Below are positions 58,464 through 64,000 of a stretch of DNA of 64,000 bases, in pieces. How positions within the stretch are numbered: position 1 is the stretch's first letter; each line of letters starts with the position of its first letter. Source of the DNA: a virus. Its lineage: Duplodnaviria > Heunggongvirae > Uroviricota > Caudoviricetes. The translations under genes and the position numbers were made by a program. The stretch lies in the IMG/VR virus record IMGVR_UViG_3300042889_001305, one strand, 5' to 3'. Under the pieces are notes generated by a model. It had not been told where the DNA came from. It saw only the letters and a program-made list of their open reading frames with translations, and did no database searches.

Positions 58464-58634
58464 ATGAACAAATATACGACAATTCAAATAAAAAAAGATA
58501 CCCATGCACTTCTACAAGAATATTGTAGAGAACACGGGTATACGTTAAGTGGGTTGGTAGACTCGTTAATTAAACAAAGAATTAACAAACCTAAACCAAC
58601 CAATATATTAGCGGTTAAAACTTTACATAGCTAA
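58464..58634 (+). CDS. 56-aa ribbon-helix-helix DNA-binding protein, missing from the ORF track; the only convincing plus-strand gene
   Basis: Hand-translated MNKYTTIQIKKDTHALLQEYCREHGYTLSGLVDSLIKQ...; ATATTTAT upstream on the plus strand. Confidence 0.75.
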   Translation: MNKYTTIQIKKDTHALLQEYCREHGYTLSGLVDSLIKQRINKPKPTNILAVKTLHS

Positions 58635-61600
58635 ATCCATTTGTTTTTTTAATTTCTATTAAACCATCCACCACATCTCTCATTGAGTCGATATGGGATA
58701 TAATCATTACAAAATCAAATTGTGTCTTCAAATAAGTGAATAACATGAATAGGGATTGTAGGTTCTCACTATCTAATGTTCCGAACCCTTCATCTATAAC
58801 TAGGAAGTTAGGACGAGGAAGGTTACATACGTTGATTAAAGCCACCCTAATTGCAAGTCCAGAGATAAACCTCTCCATACCACTACACATCTCCAAAGAC
58901 CACTTATTATCCCCGTATACGAGGTAAGCGTTGATGTTTTTACCATCCATCTCTAATTGCATTCCAAACTCAACAATTTGTGCCAAAATGTTATTAACCT
59001 CACCCTCAATCATTGGTAAAGATTTTTCAATCAATTCATATGATACCCCATCTTTATTTAGGGCGTTAAGATAATATTCGTATAATTTCGATTGTTCCTC
59101 TAAATCCTTAACCTCTTTGATTTTATCCTCTAAGGTATCTCTTTGCGATTGTAGGGATGAAACTCTACCATTTAATTCTAATAACTTTTTATTTGTTTTT
59201 GTAAATAAAATTTTATTAGCATCTAAGGTTTCTCTTACAATTTTGATTTCTTCTCTGATTTCACCATTCTTTTTGATTTGTTCTTCGTTCTTGTAATACT
59301 CATCAATTAGTTTAATTTGTTCGGCAATTTGTGTTTGAACTCTAATTTCTTCAGTTTCGGATGTTGATAACTTGTTAATAAGTGAAGAAATTTCTCTATC
59401 AATTTTAACTTCTTTCTCCTTTGTATCGGTTAAATTAGTCCAATCCGTCTCATATTGGGTCAATGATGTAATCTTCAACTCTAACGCCTCCTTTGTATTA
59501 TTTGCAGTAACAATGAATCCATTTACTTCAATTAATGTTTTTTCTACATCATCTTTACTTTGTAGGATTGTTTCCGAATTTTCCATACAAATATTACAAT
59601 CTGGGTTATATTTGTGTAAATCCAAATGTTCTTTTTTATCAACTAACGATGTATGCCAAATCCCTAATTTATCTAATTCGTGTTTAGTATTACCTAAATC
59701 CGTTTTAGCAACTCCTAGTTCCTTTATCTTTGTTTCTAACTCATCTTCATTAAAACCATCAATTATTTCTTCTAATTGTAATTGTAAAGCCTCTAACTTA
59801 CCAATACGGTCTTGCGTAGCATTTTTAGTATCTAATACCTCAGTCTCCTTATCAGTAAGAATTTTCTTTCTTTTTTCTAATTCCTCTATTCCAATATTAT
59901 CTGAGTTTAATTTTACAATTTTACCATTCAAACGAATTAAATCTTTATTTAAGGATTCCTCTTCAGTTTTAATTCCACCCAATTCAATATCAACTAATTT
60001 GTATTCATTTGTTGATTCGGTCAATTGAGTTTTGATATCGGCTAACTTAGAAGTAAAATCATCAGATTTGAATTTTTTGATTAAAGTAGCATTATCTCTA
60101 TTCTCATCTGCGGCAACTGTATATAATTTATCAAAAATATCTACGCCAATAAATTGAGAAAGTATCTCTTTTCTTTCTGATTGTGATTTATCGATGAATA
60201 GTGCGTTATTACCTTGTAGGGAAAGGGATGTTAGAACAAAATCCTCAAATTTACCTAAATATCTTTCAATATTTTTATTAGTATCCCTTCGTTGTTCACC
60301 ATTTAATGATGTAGTAACTCCGGCATCTTCTTTCCAAAAGTTTACGTTTACTGAAAGGTTTGTTCCCTTACGAGTCCACCTTGCACTACGTTCAATGAAG
60401 TAATCCACTCCATCAATTTCAAAATTAAATTTACAATAGAAATTATCTTTTTGATTATTTAGGATATTTTTTGATGATGAACTTCTTGATGTTTTATCAA
60501 AGATACAAAATGAAAGGGCATCAAAAAGAGATGATTTACCACTTGCATTCGGTGCAAATATACCTATCACTCCCTGTGCGTTTTCAAATCTAACTTTGTT
60601 ACCTTCACCATATGAGAACATATTTGAGAACTCTAAAGTCTTAGGCACCCAAAGAATATTTTCAGCCAATTCTGAATCATCAATTCGGTGATTAATCTCC
60701 TTATTGATTTCAGAAATTTTATCTAAATCAGAATCCTCTAATAGAAATTGTCTTTCTAAATAATCTCTAATCAATTGATTTTGAAAAGTTTCATCTTTTA
60801 CATTACCAACAATATTTTTGTTTAATTTTGAATTTGTTTTTAATTGACCAATAGTATCCGTTCTTGTGACTGTTACCTCTGCTACATTAAATAATTCTTT
60901 AAGTTCGGTAATACGCAACTTCATTTCTGATGCTTCGGTATTAGTGAATCTTAATCTTAAACGTGGGTTCTTAGGTAATTTTGTATCAATCTCATCATAT
61001 ACCCATTGTGGTATCTGTCCGTTGACTACATCAATTGTAAGGAATCCATAATCATTATGAAGATGGTGTTCGGTAAATGTACGAGTTGGAACATCCCATA
61101 ATAAATACCCGTGATTCTCCAACATCTCTCCGTGATTTTGTTGAACCATTGAACCTGCATATGCTACGTGTTCCCATCCTTCACCAAATGTTTGACGTTT
61201 GTGGATATCACCTAACATTGCCATATCAAATCCTTCAAACATATCGACGGTGAAAGAATTTGATGATACTACATACCCAATATCAGTTTGTGCTTTATTT
61301 ACCGGCCCGTGGAAAAGACAGATTTTGTTTTCCCCTTCAATATCTTTCGCCAACGGCCAATTTTCCTTCTTATCCAATATGGAATAAACAACAAAAGTAA
61401 TATTATTGTAATTGTAGACACCAGTATCGCGGAGATAATGGATGTGAGGATTATTAAGATTATCGATAATAGGCGTAAGAACATCTAATCTATGGTTATT
61501 GTTTAAGTTACAATCATGGTTACCTGTTATTAAGAAAGTTTCCCTTAGTTTTGAACATTCTGTTAAGAACCAACTAATCTCCCTAATAAGTTCAGGAGAC

Positions 61601-61770
61601 ATTTCAGTTTTAGCATGTGCAATATCCCCTGCTAAATAAATAATAGAATCTTGAATTTTATCGTCTTCTACTTGTTTTAAAAACTTTTTGAATACCTCTT
61701 TGTATTCTTTGTGTCTTTGCAAATTTCTAATGTGTAAATCTGCTAAGTGATATATTTTGTTAATAATCAT
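58615..61770 (-). CDS. fused Mre11/SbcD nuclease - Rad50/SbcC ATPase (T4 gp47-gp46-like)
   Basis: DLH, GDIAH, GNHD and GDIH phosphoesterase motifs; APNASGKS Walker A; CNIC zinc hook; CSGME signature; IDEGFG Walker B. Confidence 0.93.
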   Translation of the reverse strand: MIINKIYHLADLHIRNLQRHKEYKEVFKKFLKQVEDDKIQDSIIYLAGDIAHAKTEMSPELIREISWFLTECSKLRETFLITGNHDCNLNNNHRLDVLTPIIDNLNNPHIHYLRDTGVYNYNNITFVVYSILDKKENWPLAKDIEGENKICLFHGPVNKAQTDIGYVVSSNSFTVDMFEGFDMAMLGDIHKRQTFGEGWEHVAYAGSMVQQNHGEMLENHGYLLWDVPTRTFTEHHLHNDYGFLTIDVVNGQIPQWVYDEIDTKLPKNPRLRLRFTNTEASEMKLRITELKELFNVAEVTVTRTDTIGQLKTNSKLNKNIVGNVKDETFQNQLIRDYLERQFLLEDSDLDKISEINKEINHRIDDSELAENILWVPKTLEFSNMFSYGEGNKVRFENAQGVIGIFAPNASGKSSLFDALSFCIFDKTSRSSSSKNILNNQKDNFYCKFNFEIDGVDYFIERSARWTRKGTNLSVNVNFWKEDAGVTTSLNGEQRRDTNKNIERYLGKFEDFVLTSLSLQGNNALFIDKSQSERKEILSQFIGVDIFDKLYTVAADENRDNATLIKKFKSDDFTSKLADIKTQLTESTNEYKLVDIELGGIKTEEESLNKDLIRLNGKIVKLNSDNIGIEELEKRKKILTDKETEVLDTKNATQDRIGKLEALQLQLEEIIDGFNEDELETKIKELGVAKTDLGNTKHELDKLGIWHTSLVDKKEHLDLHKYNPDCNICMENSETILQSKDDVEKTLIEVNGFIVTANNTKEALELKITSLTQYETDWTNLTDTKEKEVKIDREISSLINKLSTSETEEIRVQTQIAEQIKLIDEYYKNEEQIKKNGEIREEIKIVRETLDANKILFTKTNKKLLELNGRVSSLQSQRDTLEDKIKEVKDLEEQSKLYEYYLNALNKDGVSYELIEKSLPMIEGEVNNILAQIVEFGMQLEMDGKNINAYLVYGDNKWSLEMCSGMERFISGLAIRVALINVCNLPRPNFLVIDEGFGTLDSENLQSLFMLFTYLKTQFDFVMIISHIDSMRDVVDGLIEIKKTNGFSYVKF

Positions 61771-62705
61771 AATTGATTTAATTTCTGAAGAATTACATCT
61801 TCATAATTTGTTTCTGTTTTGTTTTTGATAATTTTATTGATTTCACTAAACCCAATATCAGCTGCATCTTTACCAGATGGAATAATATTTTTTATTTGGA
61901 ATCCTTGCTTTTGAAAATACATTGTATAGTATAGTGCTTGGTCTTGTGCATCGGTATCTAATAGAATGTTTAGATTACGAACCCCTCTTTCATATATACT
62001 ATCCATTAATTTTTTAGGAATAAATTTTCCTAATATTGGAATAGCGTTTCTCCTAACTGCCAATGCATCAAACGCACCCTCACAAATAGTAATGGGTTCG
62101 TTCCAATTAATTTGGTTTTCAAACATAATTACATTCTTTGAAACAGGTGGGTTTTTATATTTGTATGGTTCATCATCAAATACGGAACGGGCGATAAAGT
62201 AATTTAATTTATTGTTTATATCATATGATGGTATAATAATTCTACCTGAATATAACCCACCATCACAATATCCAATATTATATTTAATAATATCTGAATT
62301 TCGTATTCCTCTTAATGTTGCATAGTGTTTTACCTTTTTATATATGGGTTTAAAACCAGTTGGTATTTCTGCTAACGATTTAAATTCTTTCGGTAATCGT
62401 AATTCAATTTGGTCTTCCTCTATTTGAGATGATACAATATAATCATCACCATATATCTCATATACCTTACGAAGTTTGGAAACATCGACTTGTAACTTTT
62501 TAAGTAATCCTTGTATTCTCTTACCCTTAGAATCACACACCCAACAATGCCATTGTTGTGTATCTAAATTCACTTGGAGTTTCTTTTTATGATGATGACA
62601 AAATGGACAATAATGAGCCTGTTCATTTCCTTTCAGAGATGAACCTGGTCCTAAGACATCATCTAAAATACTAACGATTGTTAATTTATCTGTATTTGAT
62701 ACCAT
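61767..62705 (-). CDS. DNA primase (Zn finger + TOPRIM)
   Basis: CPFCHH...WHCWVC, GRIIIP, ICEGAFDA and LDTDA motifs. Confidence 0.9.
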   Translation of the reverse strand: MVSNTDKLTIVSILDDVLGPGSSLKGNEQAHYCPFCHHHKKKLQVNLDTQQWHCWVCDSKGKRIQGLLKKLQVDVSKLRKVYEIYGDDYIVSSQIEEDQIELRLPKEFKSLAEIPTGFKPIYKKVKHYATLRGIRNSDIIKYNIGYCDGGLYSGRIIIPSYDINNKLNYFIARSVFDDEPYKYKNPPVSKNVIMFENQINWNEPITICEGAFDALAVRRNAIPILGKFIPKKLMDSIYERGVRNLNILLDTDAQDQALYYTMYFQKQGFQIKNIIPSGKDAADIGFSEINKIIKNKTETNYEDVILQKLNQL

Positions 62706-62728
62706 ATATTATAACGCTACTAATATAG

Positions 62729-62760
62729 TAAAGATACGAAATAAATCTGATATTTCCAAA
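62729..62760 (-). promoter_or_regulatory. Bacteroidota-type promoter P2 upstream of the primase gene
   Basis: TTTG-N20-TATCTTTA. Confidence 0.7.
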
Positions 62761-62795
62761 TTTATGTACGTTTATTATATTTGCATTAAGTCTAA

Positions 62796-62827
62796 CAAAG
62801 ATACAACAAATTTATGAGATTTCCAAA
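62796..62827 (-). promoter_or_regulatory. Bacteroidota-type promoter P1 upstream of the primase gene (perfect consensus)
   Basis: TTTG-N20-TATCTTTG; overlaps the last codons of the GIY-YIG gene. Confidence 0.75.
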
Positions 62828-63216
62828 TCTCTTTTGAAGAATTTTCCCATTAAGTTCTCATTTAGGGATTTTTCATCTGCCAATACGTTGTTCGCAAATT
62901 GTTCTTGTAATTCGTAATATGTGAGGGCTTTCTTTGATTGACAAAATCGTAAGATTTCTTTGGTAATGGGTTCATTTGTCCATGTTTTAACAACATCATT
63001 TGATGAACAATAATCTTGCCATTTCATTTCTTTGACAACTTTACGATTTCGTTTATACCCCTTTAATGGGGCTAGAGTTCTATGTGAGTATAAACTTTTT
63101 TTACCAATATAATATTGGCCGGTTATATTGTGGGTTATTTTATAAATAAAACCAATTGTACCTTCGGGCATTTCAGATATTTCTGATATAACCTTTTCTT
63201 TATATATCCAATTCAT
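62812..63216 (-). CDS. GIY-YIG family nuclease-like protein
   Basis: GFIYKITHNITGQYYIGKK...WQDYCSS...EILRFC...E. Confidence 0.7.
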   Translation of the reverse strand: MNWIYKEKVISEISEMPEGTIGFIYKITHNITGQYYIGKKSLYSHRTLAPLKGYKRNRKVVKEMKWQDYCSSNDVVKTWTNEPITKEILRFCQSKKALTYYELQEQFANNVLADEKSLNENLMGKFFKRDLEIS

Positions 63217-63772
63217 AATTAAAATTTTGAAAATCGTCTTTGTATTTAGTTCTAACCCAATCTTTTACCCAATCTTCCCTATACAAAGATTTATAATATT
63301 TGTGTTGATTTAAAGTTGGGTGTCTTTCGTATATAGTGTTTTTATTAAGATGTGGTATTCTAGGAATAGGGTGACCCAATTTTTTAAATAGAAAATTTAT
63401 ATCGTTTGTGTAATTTTCATACCTGCCTATAAAACTAATATTTCTTTTATCAGTTCTATTATTATTTAAAAAAAATGTTTGAGGATAATATAAAAAATTA
63501 TGTTCAAAAATGGTTTTAATAAAATTACCAAAGGTTTTATCACACCCCATTCGTACTTCATGATGATACCACGATGCTAATCTTGTAAATGGGTTTCTTA
63601 CAAATGTAAAAATAAAATAATCTTCAATATTACCAAATGCCGATAAATCGTCATGAGTAGTTACAAATTCCGTTCCTTTAATTGTTAGTAGAATTTCACT
63701 AAGGGAATTCCCACCTGTTTTAGGTATATGAAGAAACGCCCACTTTTCGGAATGGTTTATTAATAACGCCAA
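63200..63772 (-). CDS. sulfotransferase (Sulfotransfer_2, carbohydrate-type)
   Basis: FLHIPKTGGNS (5'-PSB) and FVRNPFTRLASWY (3'-PB) motifs. Confidence 0.85.
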   Translation of the reverse strand: MALLINHSEKWAFLHIPKTGGNSLSEILLTIKGTEFVTTHDDLSAFGNIEDYFIFTFVRNPFTRLASWYHHEVRMGCDKTFGNFIKTIFEHNFLYYPQTFFLNNNRTDKRNISFIGRYENYTNDINFLFKKLGHPIPRIPHLNKNTIYERHPTLNQHKYYKSLYREDWVKDWVRTKYKDDFQNFNYELDI

Positions 63773-63782
63773 ACGGATTTAT

Positions 63783-63965
63783 TTAAGGTTTAACAGTTGT
63801 AGAATACTTTGTATCCTTTAATTTACCACCTCTAGATTTTGCAAGTTTTGCTTCATCTACATTTGCTTTGAAAGATTTATCTTCAGAAAGAGGTGTCTTA
63901 TCTTTAGATTTATCTGCCAATTTAGCAAAATCAGAATTTTTATATAAGTCTAATATACTAGCCAT
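63783..63965 (-). CDS. small basic hypothetical protein
   Basis: 60 aa; AAGGT upstream and a truncated ATATTTAT-type motif at the window end. Confidence 0.6.
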   Translation of the reverse strand: MASILDLYKNSDFAKLADKSKDKTPLSEDKSFKANVDEAKLAKSRGGKLKDTKYSTTVKP

Positions 63966-64000
63966 AATTATTTACCTTGTTTGTTATATGCTTATAAATA

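Noticed and set aside
732-61488. Numerous plus-strand ORFs in the track (e.g. 9173, 10482, 10913, 34868, 52344, 59372)
   Set aside because: They are antisense shadows of long, well-supported minus-strand genes, with Leu/His/Gln-rich non-protein-like composition and no initiation signals
1-64000. tRNA, rRNA, CRISPR arrays, IS elements, group I/II introns
   Set aside because: No cloverleaf, spacer-repeat array, transposase or interrupted core gene was recognisable by eye; tRNAscan and Infernal could not be run

Overview
A 64-kb segment of a large, AT-rich, T4-like (myovirus-type) dsDNA phage genome. It uses the standard genetic code, and almost every gene is on the minus strand. Four TTTG-N20-TAnnTT(T/A)(G/A) promoters, A-rich initiation regions and a phage bS21 point to a Bacteroidota host. 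From left to right it contains: a tail/fibre gene and neck genes (gp15/gp14/gp13-like); a small-gene island under host-type promoters (6.8-8.3 kb); the head module (major capsid gp23, scaffold, bS21, several head-associated polyproteins, gp21 protease, portal gp20, terminase gp17); a 1650-aa multidomain protein; a ~23-kb glycosylation and nucleotide-sugar island; a Pro/Thr-rich Hint-domain protein and a 1856-aa tail protein; a fused Mre11-Rad50, a primase, a GIY-YIG protein and a sulfotransferase. Three hypotheses stand out. (1) A eukaryote-like hydroxyproline/mucin O-glycosylation pathway (prolyl 4-hydroxylase + GT60 + three GT7-LamG enzymes) lies directly next to its likely (PTPAP)n substrate. 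(2) A phage bS21 that appears to lack the anti-SD-sequestering Tyr is paired with Shine-Dalgarno motifs found almost only on high-copy virion genes, suggesting a translational switch. (3) Modular head-packaged polyproteins are joined by a DNA-conserved ESVNE protease-site linker. All family assignments come from motif recognition by eye; no database searches were run.
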